A stretch of DNA of 63,164 nt, filler included, from Choristocarpus tenellus KU-1152 (GCA_964200185.2; 13 parts of 13 records of this genome joined end to end with filler, not necessarily neighbours in it); one strand, 5' to 3'; numbered from the whole stretch's first letter, positions 38,765 through 51,873 are shown. Translations and numbers: made by a program. The notes: a model not told the origin generated them from the sequence alone.

Positions 38765-41700
38765 ATGGTGGTGTCATCGCGTTCGCAAGTCCTGGGATCT
38801 GCGGACGAGAGGCAATCAAAGTTTAAACAGAGGAAGCGTCCAGGTTCAAGGGTGACCGTGACGGTGAGGATACCAAGACCAGGATGGGCAATATGGGGCA
38901 ATAGGTTACTCCTTGTATTTTGTGAGGAGTAAATATTTAATCAAGGCCTTCTGCAAAGTCTGAGTATTGGAAAGTGGTCATTGGATGTTGTAACTATGAT
39001 ACGGAGACCATAATGATGTAGATGATGTGTCTTGCACCCAAGGAATGAGCACACTTTTTTTGTGTTATCATAGACTTCATCCTCCCATGGCTGATTTGAC
39101 CTCTGCAGGCAACCCCAAAGCCGAGCGTAAAAGAGGTGGCAGGTGGAATCTTTCTCTACACCACCCGTGTCCGTGACGGGAATGATTACTTCTTCGTATA
39201 TGAGGTAAGCGTCTGAACTGGAGGTTTTTCCACCTTAACCCAATTTCGGGATAGATCGTAGGGAGAGGTTGGTTGGATCAGCAAACGCCCTTGTTCTCAA
39301 TACGTGCATACTTCGGGCACTCAAAGGGTTTCCCCGAGAATCTTAATACAATGATTCTCTGTGTTTATACCAGCCTGATCTTGACGGTCTGTGCAGTATC
39401 CACAAACAACTGATATAGCTCGATGCTCCCTCTGGGCTCAACTCCCTTCTAGACCTTGTCCTTTCTCTTACTGTCCACGAATACTGCCGCTGTCCCGTCG
39501 CCATATTTTCACATCAGGTGGAGTGTGTCCTTCCTCGCCCCCAAAGCTTGCGCTTTTCCATTGATTTTTCGGGTTCCACAAACCTGATGCTGCTCGGAAC
39601 CACGTCGGCACAGACGGACACGAGAACAGAGCAACAGCTAATGGCAGAGGTTACTGCAGTACCTTTCAGCCGAGTAGTGGTGGCTAGAGTGGCGATAAAA
39701 GACCCTAATCAAGGAGGCATAATCCGGGTGAGTGTCTAGACTCCTTGTGCTTCATACTCGGGTGAAGTCGTTCCTCTTTCACCTCTTTACTTTCCTCTAT
39801 CCCTTCATTCTTGTTTCCTTTGCTGTTTTTCATGTCCCGATGTTCATGCTGAGATGCAAGTCTTGGTATTGACAACAAGAAATGATTTTTTCCTTTGTGG
39901 GTAGCCTCACCTAGTGCAGACGAAGCCCTTCAGCCCTTGACCTCTCGCGCACCACTCCACCCCTTTGAGCCTAGAAATACCTGATATATGCATTATTTTT
40001 TTATGTATCAACTATATGCAACAAAACCATCCCATTCTACTGTGGCAACAGCTAACCTGCTTTGCAACCACCCCTTTCTTCCAAAGTACTTTCTCCTTTT
40101 AGCCTACCAACACACTCTGCTAAGGCATCCTACTGCTCCCCAAAGTCTTTATCAAACCAATCATTGCACACTCGGCAGAACACATTCAACTGGGACCTCC
40201 TAGATCCTCCTGCGGAGAGAGAGGTCACAGCTGCGGTACAGGCAAATGTTCACTCAATATCTCGGCTCATGGAGAGAATGGCTCCACTATCACTTGCGGG
40301 AGATGGACAAGCTTGTGGAGGCACAGGGCTGGGTAGGGGCACCGCCGTTTCAAAGAGCATGAGAGCATCAGTCGATGATATTGTGAAGCGGTGTCATGCC
40401 CACGGGGTGAGGTTCTTACCGCTCCAGTATTGGGCTGAGGTGGAGAGGGTGGTGGGCATGTATGTTGGCCCTCAAGGTTGACTGTGCTTTGGTTTTTCAG
40501 GTAGCATGGTTGAAGGAATACCATAGTGGGTGATGAGCATGATGTCAGGTGAAAGCAGATGTTCAATTGTGGGGCAGCAAGCACCCTTCTCGACTCAAGA
40601 GTTACACTAGCTTGTGATGTTTGTTGAGAGAAACTATAGTATGGTGCAGAAAAAACATGTTTTATTGCCTAGTTACATACATATCACCTAGTCATGTGGA
40701 TGGTTGGATAGCATTCATCTATTCAATTGTCTTCACACGCACACCCTCAAGAAAAGGACTATCTGTATCAATTAGTCAAGTCCTATACAAATACATGAAA
40801 GGAGAGATGTACTTTGAAGCATAAGAAACCCCTCTGAAGAGCAGAAACTTGGTAAGTTTCTTATGAGCTGCAGAGGAACGGAAAAGGGATTTTGCTGCTT
40901 TAAGTGATGCAAGCATGTTGAAAAATGATGGAAGGTGACAAAAAGCATTGGTGACCCAGTTCCTTTTAAGGCAGGAATGGTTTGTCCTGACAATGAGGCA
41001 ATTTGGAGATTTCGTCAATTTCTCCCCTATATTGTCCATAAGATTGTTGCACAATTGTACAAGGGCATTTGGTTCCTTGTAAGGCGCCTCCAACTATGTG
41101 GCACAATTTCTCCATTGTACATGGTATGTACAATCAACGGTAGCAGAGACAGGGAGAGAATATTGTTGAACAATTTTGAGCCCCGATTGGAAGGGTGCTT
41201 CCATTTGATTGTGACTATTGCAGGTCCAGCCTGTCTGTTCCCCCTGCCAGCTCCCCTGGGAAAAAAAAAGAAGAGAGCGATTCTTGAGCAATTTTTGGGT
41301 AAAACGGTACGGTCACTCCCAGCTTGCCTGGACTTGGTTATCTCATCTCTTTTTTCCCCTTACCTATTGATACGACCATTATGCCAGTACTAGACATGTT
41401 TCCCACATGGAAACACAACAGTGTACTTGGTGTTTTTATTCTTATTTTTCCCAACAGTGTACTTGAGAGATACAATACGCTGCTGGTGCCTGTGCCCTCC
41501 CTTCCTCTGCCAGGGTGTATGTTTCGTCTTTCGTGTTATCCCTCTCAGACCTCCACTCCTCCCTGGATATATGTGACTCCTCCCCTTCCGTTGATGTGTG
41601 CCCCCCTCCTGCTCCCCTCCCTCCCAAATGATGCATTTTGTTCCCCCTTTTGTTTTGTTTGTTTGCAGGTGCTCTACGTCGATCCTTTATTTCCTCCAAC

Positions 41701-42530
41701 AGATGTGTCACTAGGACCCTCCCTTGCCAGAAAGGCTGCCTGGAGACGCCCCTGTGATTTTCCTGATGCGTTCTGCCCACCCCCTTCCTCATTTTCATTG
41801 ACCTCTGCTGCCGCTACTTCAGAACTACGACAACGACGGGGTTCCAAAAAAGAGGCGTTTCTGTTGTCATTAGCGAGACAAAGAGCTTTCGGCACTGGGG
41901 GGCAGCCCTCACCAAACGATGTCCGAGGAGCAGTGATGGCAGCAGACGCTTCCTTAACTTGTGCCCTCAAGGCGTTGGCCTCAAGGCCCCATCTTGTACA
42001 CTCTGCTCTAAGTCTCCACAGTGGCAGAGAAGTCACAGGGGGCAGAGCAGGCTTAGGAACAGGCAAGAGTTCCGATTTGAGTTCATCGTTGATGTCTGGG
42101 TTGGGTGGGGGGGGTGCATCCGAGATCGGGGCATTTGTGGTTTGCCTGTGTATTGGGGGTGTGTGGGAAGAGGCCGTGTTGGATGAGTTCTTTCCCTGCT
42201 GGCCTGGAGGGAAAGGAGATAGAGGTGTTGGTGCAACTGGCAGGGTGGGAGGACCATGCCTGTCACGATCGCACGGCTCTGGGCTTTGGGTTTGTATGCT
42301 AGAGAAGGCGTATGCTTGGGCATGTGGGTCGTACTCAGTGGCTCTGGGGGGTGTCAGGTCCTCATCCAGCCCTTACACCCTGGAATTGGAAGGGCAAGGA
42401 GGTATCCCAGCAGTGGTTGCAGCCGAAGAAAGGGTTGCTGAGGTAGGGACAGGTGCCAAGGTGACTGGGGGGGAGAGGAGGTGGAATGGGGGGGGGAGGG
42501 AGGTGGTGGCTATGCCGGCTGAAGTTTTGT
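38765..42530 (+). CDS. Calpain-like (CysPc/Peptidase C2) protein lacking the catalytic Cys, 3'-truncated (exons 38765-38863, 39109-39204, 39518-39727, 40179-40406, 41669-contig end)
   Basis: All introns are phase-0 GT-AG; calpain motifs YVDPLFPP..SL, WRRP, PNDV.., ALASRPHLV, GVWEEAVLDEFFP, LWVCMLEKAYA..GSY..LGG. Confidence 0.85.
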
Positions 42531-42630
42531 NNNNNNNNNNNNNNNNNNNNNNNNNNNNNNNNNNNNNNNNNNNNTTAATTAATTAANNNNNNNNNNNNNN
42601 NNNNNNNNNNNNNNNNNNNNNNNNNNNNNN

Positions 42631-42682
42631 CCCTGAGCTACCGAGCAGACAGTCAGCTGACTGTCTGCTCGGTAGCTCAGGG
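42631..42682. repeat. Perfect 52-bp palindrome at a contig start
   Basis: CCCTGAGCTACCGAGCAGACAGTCAG followed directly by its reverse complement; CTAGT follows at 42688-42692. Confidence 0.95.
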
Positions 42683-44862
42683 GTTTACTAGTGTTTCAAC
42701 AGGCTCGACCCTGGATGGGCGTGTTCGGTACGGCACGCTAGGCAACAATGTTTGGGTTAGGGGCCGTGACTAGGGGGTCATACAACCGCTTGGGTACACC
42801 ATCATGTCAGCCACACATGCTAATACATGCTATGTGAACAGACGAAAGCCGCAACATCCGCTAAATGCGCTAAATCATGATGGTATGTTCACGATATTGG
42901 TAATTCAGAAACGCTCCCATATAGGCTGCAAAAAGATTGAACGTTTCTTGTATGGGACTCACCTTCCGGTTTCCTTTGAAGGCATGGCGGCGTTCGATGG
43001 TTGGACTAAGCCTCTCAATTGATCATGTGATGTCTGCATCGGGTGGGCACGTTGGAAATGGGACAGGGGAAACTAACAGAAGGAGAGAGAGAAAATGTTT
43101 TGCGCATCGAGTCAGGTCCAGAGAGGATGGCATGTCGCTGTCGGTTCACATCATCCTCAAGCCGTACGCACTTGATCACCTTGCACGAAGAGGAAGTCCT
43201 GTCGTCTTTTTCCCTTCGGACATGCCCGGTGTTTAGCGTTACGTACAGCGCACAGGGATAGCGACAGATGAGCCCGAGCCTCGTGGAGAGGATACGCACC
43301 TAGTCTCCCTTGACCAAGAAAGTGTGGTCTTTTCAACCTATATTTTTTTCCGGTTCTACAACAATTTCACAATAATCGATAAAAGAACAACCGCCTTTAC
43401 CGAATGTTGTACCCTTATAAAATTGTAGTATATATATTGGGGTTCCGAACAGGCTAGTTCATGTGTTCCTTTTCATCGGGAATTAAAAAGGAGATCTAAT
43501 AAGGGGAATTTTGCTCTCTTCACAGATGTATTGAAATTCGTATGTATGCCTACGGCGGCATTGAACTAGAGCAAATAGAGACAAAAATATGTAGATATAT
43601 ATAGATATATGTAACTCTCCATCCGCTATTTCTTCATTAGTGTGAGAGGGTCAAAACTTTGAGTTTGCATCTTTTTTTCATATTTTTGCACTTTTGAAGA
43701 AATATATCATAGTGTATAAAACAAAAAATCTTTCGCCAAGCCATATACGCGACAAACCTCGCACTCGCTCACTCTTTCCACAACAAACCAATGGGCCCTG
43801 ACAATATAGAGGAATCGTTGTCGCAGTTCTTAGAGAGGACCACACCCATCGCGCCGCAGATGTACGATGACCACCCGCCAGCCACTAGGGGATCTTGCTA
43901 ACAACTGGAATGAACTCGTGAACGCCGGAGAGGTAGACCCCAGGACATCCCAAAGGCAAGGCCAGGCCTCTGTCACAGCTAGACACACTCCAATTTAGTC
44001 TGTGCGTTCTGTAATTACCTGAAAGAGGGATTAGCGCTTGAAGACTAGGCATAGCGAAGCATATGGTCACCATATCCTTCCGAAATCACACATTTGCATC
44101 GAAATCAGAGACACGTGGGGTTCACCAGTTCCACTGCAGCTCCGAACCGGTGACGCACACGTCCTCCCATCAAGAGCAGAACGAAACCTAACGACGAAGT
44201 TCGTGTCCTCCGATACGTGCATTCTGATATGAATTGGAACTAAACGATGTTCCTTCCAGTTTCTGTTTCTGATCCCAACCCTAACACCTGTCCCAACCCT
44301 AACCCTGTGCCTCAACCCTCACACCATCCCTGATCCTTACACAATAATGCAATTATGCCAAGACATGTTTCGCTCTTCCTTCATCCACTCGCTTCATGTC
44401 ATTTTTGCCATACTTTGTCGTACGGTAAAGTATGGCAAAAGTTGTGGCGGTCCACATACCAACTTATTTCTGGGGACACGCCTCCAATCAGTCATCCTTG
44501 ATTTTCCAAAAACTCAAGCGCAATCTCATATCCCCTGTAGAGAAAGAGGCACATACAATGGTATGTGCATCTGGGGATATGTATAGACCGATACCACATG
44601 AAACATTCAGTATCCCTTCCACCACAAAACTCATCCTACACAATAGTTTACGATTCGACAGAACACGTCAATTGTAGTACATACATACGCCAATATTATC
44701 TAGGGCGAAACCCAACAAGCATTTGTCAACTGTTTCCCAAAAACATCAGATCAAAACACACACTCTACTGTTCAATAAACTACCTCAATTCACTTCGTCC
44801 TATATGCTTCATGGGATGTATTCATGTTCTTGGCATCGCTGTATGAGAGAGCAACAGTACCG

Positions 44863-44971
44863 GGCTCAAAGTATCTGGGAGGGGGTAGCGGCTGTCCATT
44901 TGGGTCAATTTTTTCATGTCGCGTTTTTTGGGCGATTTGGTTACATACGTCGGATGGATAATGTAAATGCA
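44863..44971 (+). mobile_element. MITE family B, 5' part abutting a family A copy
   Basis: GGCTCAAAGTATCTGGGAGG... follows the consensus up to AATGCA, then switches to a family A TIR. Confidence 0.88.
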
Positions 44972-45228
44972 GAGTCAAAGTATCTTAGAGGGAGAGACGA
45001 GTCCGTTTGGGGACCAAAATCCAATGTTTCAATTTTCATGAAATTTTGACTATTGTGTTTTTTGGGAGATGTGAATATCCTTGCTCTGGACACACCGTTT
45101 CGTAACATACACATTTTACCCACCCAAAAACATTGTGGAGTAGGAAAAATGTCATTAAAAACCCTTGGGAAGACAAGCCCCCAAGGACAAACAGGGCAAA
45201 ACTTACACCCTCTATGATACTTTCACTA
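44972..45228 (-). mobile_element. MITE family A, full copy
   Basis: GAGTCAAAGTATCTTAGAGGG...CCCTCTATGATACTTTCACT. Confidence 0.9.
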
Positions 45229-45302
45229 AACGTTTTCCCACCAAATCAACAAGTCCCACCACTACTGCCCCTTCCGGAAATCTGGGAATTAGGGAGGGAG
45301 AT

Positions 45303-45376
45303 GAGCCAAAGTATCTTAGGGGGTCGAGCCGCGTCCATTTGGGGGCCAAAATCCAATGTTGGAATTTTGATGTAAT
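45303..45376 (-). mobile_element. MITE family A end, cut by the contig break
   Basis: GAGCCAAAGTATCTTAGGGGGTCGAGCCGCGTCCATTTGGGG. Confidence 0.88.
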
Positions 45377-46067
45377 NNNNNNNNNNNNNNNNNNNNNNNN
45401 NNNNNNNNNNNNNNNNNNNNTTAATTAATTAANNNNNNNNNNNNNNNNNNNNNNNNNNNNNNNNNNNNNNNNNNNNATCTGTGTTGGAGTTAGATGCAAA
45501 CCGTGTGACCCGGCAGTACGTAGAAAAGGTGGATCTAAGTAGTATTTCGAGTGGTGGATGTTCATTACCTTGACCGGTTTAATATTATGGTTAAAAGAAC
45601 ATGTCAAGATTCATACAAAGTGCTATCTCTTTCGTTTGCTATGTCGATATATCAATATTCATTATGATACTCGTTGTCGATTTTATGAAGGAAGACACAA
45701 TAAATGTAATTTCAACCCCGAGCATACGTACTCTGCGGCCCCGGGCCCGGTCTGAAATTGGCAGGAAAAGTGTGTACTTCATATGTCCAAAGCGCTTCGC
45801 GATGATGATGATGATGGTAGATTCGCCTCCTTTGTCGCCTCTTCAAACGGCAGCGAGGCCCGAACCGAACAACGCTCATGGCAGATTTAGTCAGATCGTT
45901 ATGTATGCTCTTTCGTAACGCATGGTGTAAGCTTGTTTGATCCTGTCTTCCGCGTTCTCAGTCCAGTTATGGGTCAGCCCGCCTTCGAGAGATATTGCAG
46001 GGGTGTTCTTCGAGTGTTCCTTCTCAATAACTCCTCACTTGCCCACACAACCAACATTTTTAATTAG

Positions 46068-48661
46068 GAGCTATACAAGGATTTTTCCAAAGACGCAATA
46101 CGGGTGTATCCTGATGACCCTTCCAAGCAGGTAAGCAAGGAATACTTCCTCCGATCGCTCAGAGAGGACAGGCCCAACATTCGGGTGAGGGTAGGAGGCG
46201 AGTTTATGAAATGTGACGTATGTGTCACGTTATAAGAGAAGCGGCACGGTGTGCCTGGTGTAAAACCCACGAACGACTCCACCGTCCTCGAGTCCATCGA
46301 TAAGGAGCTGTCAGACCATCGATAGGTAGGTGTCCAGCGTTAATTTTGCAACAAGGGTACAGTGACAACATGTCACCGTCATTGCCCTCTGTTTTGAAGT
46401 AAATCCGTGTCCTTTTGCGAATGAAGACTCCCACGTAGGTGTTTATGGCAGCAGCAGTAGCCTCACTCACCGCGAAACTTGCTGTTTTTAGCTGCCCAAA
46501 CACCTTGTAAGACAGACTACTTCCTGGTAGTGTACAACGGGCTGTGGGAGGGACAGGTCATGCAGCGGTCTTCCGGCCTGGTACGTGCGTACTTACTACC
46601 ATCCCGATAACATGGTGTTTGTCTTGAACGCAGCAATAAAAAACATATCCCAATACTAACATCTATTGTTACCCAGACTACATTTTTGTTACTAACTAAC
46701 CTGATACGTGTTAACAAGCGACATTTTTTTTTTTAAGCTTTGAGCAGATTTATTTGATTAATTCACGTGATGTTGCTGTCCCCCATTCGCCAGATTATCA
46801 AAACGGATCGGCTGGTCATCGCCAACAGTACCAGCAACGCCATGCAGGCCAAAGCCGACGGCAAACCTCTCGGCTTCGTGTTCATGTCCGTAGACGCTGC
46901 GAACCAGACAGCACACGCCCTCCCAGCACTTTACCCACCTACCCACGGCGGTGACAGGTAACCACACGCACGCATAGTCCATCCGACAAGAAATTTGCAG
47001 CCGCACGCGGAACAGAATAGACGACCATGTTTTATTCTACGGATGAGTGCAAAGTCCCAAGAAATAATCGTCAAAACAAACGCACATAATTCCACTATTC
47101 CGTTCATCATGATGACATTTCTTTACATGTTCCTTTCGTTCATGTCCCCCTTATTAGGGGCTACTCCGAGCACCAGAAGATCATGGCCGCACAGGTCGAA
47201 GACCAGTTCGCGGAGGTGTTCTTCACTCCTATCAATCTTGGAGGAGGTACATACTGTAGAGTAGCGTTAGAGCTAATCAACAGGTAGTGGAGATCGCAGA
47301 CATGTACATCAGCCGTATGGGTGTATGTCCTCTACATTGCATAAACAAATTACATCACCCCTCTTTTTAGCTCCAAATAAACAATGCGTAAATGAACAGA
47401 GTACTTTTTGCCAACAGTTGTTGAACATTATTGTTCGCGCAGGTTGTAACCTTGTCTGCACAGCCACCCACCTTGCCCTCACAAGGCTTATCGACAATTA
47501 CCATAACAGCCTCGATGACGCAGGGAATTGCATCATCCAGCACGCGCATTGGCAGGTAAGAAGGTTTCATCTTGACACGACCTACTCAACACATACTCGC
47601 TGAATACCAGTCACCAAGTAACTAACTGCACGGTCTTTAGTTTTGGTTTGTGTGTTGCAACCTGCATGTATTATGGCGGTGATGTAGAGATTGCACTCTA
47701 GCAATACTGGAAACCTACCCTGTTCCTCCACGAAACGTGACGAAATGGGCTGACATATCGGCCTCACGCCCATCCCTCCCTCGCTCCCAACTCCCCAAAC
47801 TGGCCAGGTCGACAACTGCGTCTCAGAGAACAAGAACAATTTCTTTCTCGGATATGCCAGGCTGTTGGTTGCGGCGAGTGTCATTCGTGTGATCGAGATA
47901 CATCTTATGATGGTGGGGCACACGCATATCAAAATCGATCAGATCTTCTCCAGGTATTTAGGCAAGATATGCAAGTTCGATAGCCACATAGTGTATTTAT
48001 ACGGACAGATACAGCCTCAAGGCTTGCAGCTCACACTTTTTGCATTCCTGGAAGGTTTATGGTCGTACGCTGTAATTGATCGATTGGCTTTTGATTTCCC
48101 CACAACGAAATTGAACGATAAGATCAACTGCCAAAACTGTTTTGTACCATACTCTCGAAACAAAACAATGAAAAAAATTGTACGCATCATCCATTTTTAT
48201 ATCTATACTTCCATATACACGCATCAGAGCATGTGCCTGCATATATATCTTGATTCTCCACTTCGCTTCTTTCGCCCCTGCCTCGAAGTTAACTTGCTTG
48301 CATTTCACCTTCAGGTTCTCACGTGGAAGAAAAGGCAAAACATATTCACAAGAACACAGCTGGGTGAAGAGCTGCAGGCCTCTTACTCGGAGATTCCAGT
48401 ATACTACATGACCCTGCGGAACTAGGGCAATTTCAAGGGACTCCTTCGCGGTCGCGTCAACCGTGTCCCCAACATCACGAGCTACAGGGCTTTTCGTGTT
48501 GAAAAAGGCGGTGATGGGCGGGTGAAGGTTAGCGTAAAGCACTACATGCACAGCACAGACTTGAGTGGGATAGGCGGAGACCTTGCTATGAACCCCAACG
48601 CCCCTCCGCACGACCTCTTCATCGGCCACCCGCCTCGTATCCAAGATGCACCACCCTACCA
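46068..48661 (+). pseudogene. Intron-containing Sola-type DDD transposase, inactivated (exons 46068-46325, 46794-46957, 47158-47246, 47443-47555, 47808-47953, 48315-contig end)
   Basis: Five phase-compatible GT-AG introns join FMKCDVC, FMSVDAANQ..LP (D1), WQ|VDNCVSENKN (D2), LMMVGHTHIKIDQIFSR (D3) and NITSYRAFRVEK..G.V. Stops at 46233, 46323 and 48423, and a 1-nt frameshift near 48340. Confidence 0.8.
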
Positions 48662-48864
48662 NNNNNNNNNNNNNNNNNNNNNNNNNNNNNNNNNNNNNNN
48701 NNNNNTTAATTAATTAANNNNNNNNNNNNNNNNNNNNNNNNNNNNNNNNNNNNNNNNNNNNCAACGTTTGCCCTTACAACAGGTATGTTAGCGTGACACT
48801 CGCACCTCACGGCACTCACTCTGCACTTGACTCAACGTTCAAAAGAAAAACTCCTACACCAGAG

Positions 48865-49570
48865 TCTCATACACACATCAAGAGGAGGGTACTGTCTAAA
48901 AGGACTCCACCCCTTCCAAGATAAACAAACACAAATAAATGCAGACACAAAACCATAGTAGCACTGAACTTGGGTATTGCCATAGACTCTCCCCCTTCAG
49001 AACTAAAACACAGCAACGGCAGGATACTAAGACCATGACTCACAGTCACAAAAGAGATTGGGTGTTGTCATGGAAAGGCTTACCCTTACTAGGAACTATG
49101 AATATATGAACAATAAAAAATAACAATTGAGAGCATCTCAGCAAGTCTCTCCCTCTTCACAACTATCAGCAAAAATGAATACAGGCACAAAATTACAATA
49201 GCACTGAAATAGGGTACTGCTTAGACTGTCCCCCTTCACAACTATAAACACAAATTATAGGACACCAAGATGTCTCACAGTCAAAAGAAAAACAAGGTCC
49301 TGCCATATAAAGGCTTGCTCTACGAACAAAAAGCATACCAGAAAGAGACTCAGAAAATTAGGGAGTGTCATCGTAAGACTCTCCCTCCTCACAAATATCA
49401 ACATAATTGAATATGGATGCAAATTACACTAGTACTGATAGGGTGTTATCATAGACTCTTCCCCCTTTAGAACTATAAACACAAACAATAGAAGACATGA
49501 ATCATGTCTCAAATACCAACAAAAATGTCAAAAAACCACATAAGATAGTAAATGTCGTAACAAGGCTACT
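48865..49570. repeat. Diverged tandem repeat, about 3 units of ~240 bp
   Basis: AGCACTGAA..GGGTA..ATAGACTCTCCCCCTTCAGAACTA(T)AAACACA recurs at about 48960, 49200 and 49432. Confidence 0.75.
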
Positions 49571-49799
49571 CACACTGGTTGGAATGCGAAAGGAAGACAT
49601 GCTATTCGCCTGTAACAGAACTACAAGTGCAAAAATACATATATATACTGCTTTGCACCTGTTTCCTAGCTAGCAAAGAGAAGCTACATGCTAGCGCTAG
49701 TTCGAATATCCTTGTATGATGACTTCTTTGAGCGAGATCGACTGGTCACACAAGATGCAAATACCTAAGATTCTACCTTTGGCTTTGTTCCTGTTTTGT

Positions 49800-50740
49800 A
49801 GCTGCCAAAAATGAGCTATGTACCAATGATTATGCGATAATCCTCGTGTGGAGACTCTTTACGCAAATTAGACAGGTGGTACAAGCTGCAGGTTCTGAAC
49901 GATATGTAATTTTGTACTCATGCCAAAAAGAGGAGTCACGTGCCAATGGTTGGTTGCATGGAAACCTTTTTAGAATTTTGGTAGGTGACACGAGCTGCAG
50001 GTGACTTGAAATATAGAGTCAAAGTATCTAGGAGGGTATAGCCGCGTCCATTTGGGGGTCAAAATCCAATGTTGCAATTTTGATGTAATTTTGGCTATGG
50101 TGTTTCTTTGGAGATGTTGGTATCCTTGTTTCAGATGCACCTTTTCGTAATGTATGCATTTTACCTGCTCCGAACATTTTGGAGCAGGTAAAATGTCATT
50201 AAAAACCCGTAGGAATCCAAGCCCCAAATGGACAAACAGGGAAAAACTCATACCCTCTAAGATACTTTCACTCATATCTACAGGCGTGGCCTGTTTTGTA
50301 ACTGCCAAAGAGGAACAATGTGCCGATGAGTGCGAACATACTCGTGTGGCGACTTTTTCCAGCGATTTAGACCAGTGACACGACCTGCAGTGGCGAAAAA
50401 GTGCATCTAACTGTTTTGTATGTTTCAAGTGGAGGAGGTACGTGCCAATAGTTTTGTGCAAGTCCTCTGTAACGATATATATTTGTGTACTGTAAACTAT
50501 TAACACAGTGACACGACCTGTATGTGTGAAATAAAAAGAAATGTATCGAAAGCGTCAAAGAGGAGCTGCGTACCAATGGTTTTGCGTAAGTATTTGGGCA
50601 AAAGGACTAAATATTGACACGACCTGCAGGTGCAAAATTGTGTAATTTCTACTGAGAGTGAAACTATCAATGGTTTAGGTTTTGTATCTGTATTGTATCT
50701 GCTTTGCAAGTTCCAAAAGAGGAGGTACATATGCATGTTT
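49800..50740. repeat. Diverged ~120-bp tandem repeat interrupted by a MITE
   Basis: Alternating AAAGAGGAG..GTRCCAAT and TGACACGACCTGCAG motifs recur about 5-6 times. Confidence 0.7.
50016..50273 (-). mobile_element. MITE family A, full copy
   Basis: Both TIRs present; perfect internal hairpin ATTTTACCTGCTCC/GGAGCAGGTAAAAT. Confidence 0.93.
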
Positions 50741-51873
50741 TTGAGCAGGTGGTCGTGTATCTTTTGAAATTGTCCGTGGTGTGAGCGAAACGCAAGAGAA
50801 GAGTAGTAAGGATGGGATTCTGTTTTGGTAACGTACAACGTATAGACACACGCACAGACTCTCACACAACTAATTATACAGGCTCCGTTCATGCCTTGCT
50901 TCTCGTGTGTTGAGTTCAGTCATTCCATTGCTCATCACTCTGCCTTCTCCCTCGAATATTGTGCTGTACCTTTATCGCATTACAGCAATCAAGGCTTGCT
51001 GCCTCATTTTGGGGTTCCTGTGTTTTCGTAATTTAGCAATAGATAGGATAGTATAATTTATGTTTAAACCGTACCACTTGGCACGTGGACTTAGGATTAT
51101 CGAAACCAGATAACCAAGAAAAGAATCTGGACAGGTTGATTTCGAAAAAATCAGACATAAAGGCATACAATATACAAAAATAATACAATCTGTGGAAAGC
51201 ATGTTGGTTTGTTATGATACCGTTATTACCGTATGCCATATACCGTTATACCGTGGTACCGATTANNNNNNNNNNNNNNNNNNNNNNNNNNNNNNNNNNN
51301 NNNNNNNNNTTAATTAATTAANNNNNNNNNNNNNNNNNNNNNNNNNNNNNNNNNNNNNNNNNNNNCCGAAACATTTCCAAACAAAGGACATATCCCGGGC
51401 CCTTCCAAGTGCAAAAACAGTTGCAAAAAAAAAACCTTTCGGTACTTTTTTAAGACCGTTTTCACAGAACCATCCTCATAGCCCCGCTCCATCCTCAATT
51501 TTTAAAATCCACTGTTATAGGATATTTTCTGCATTTTGTGGAAGTTTATCACACAATGATAGAGAAATCAACATTCTCCAGACAATGTTAGTCCTTCATC
51601 CATACAAATAAAAATATGGGTGAATTGAAAAAGATTTTAAAACTGGCTTCAAATGCTAATCGGGGCAAAGCCTGAGTAGCCCTCGTTTACTTCAGTTCAT
51701 GATGCACCGAGATGTTAAAAAACATGGTACAAATGTCATCTATGGAGAAGGAGGGAGCAAACACATACAAACATAACCGATCCTTTCTTTGTCAAAACAT
51801 CAATAAAATGAGAGTATGTTCATGTATAAAGGGTGGAGTCAGCAGTACACTGCACTATTATTGTGGAAGGTTA

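Noticed and set aside
41324-41668. N-terminal part of the 420-aa ORF
   Set aside because: Pyrimidine-rich intron sequence that happens to be open; calpain homology starts after the CAG acceptor at 41668.
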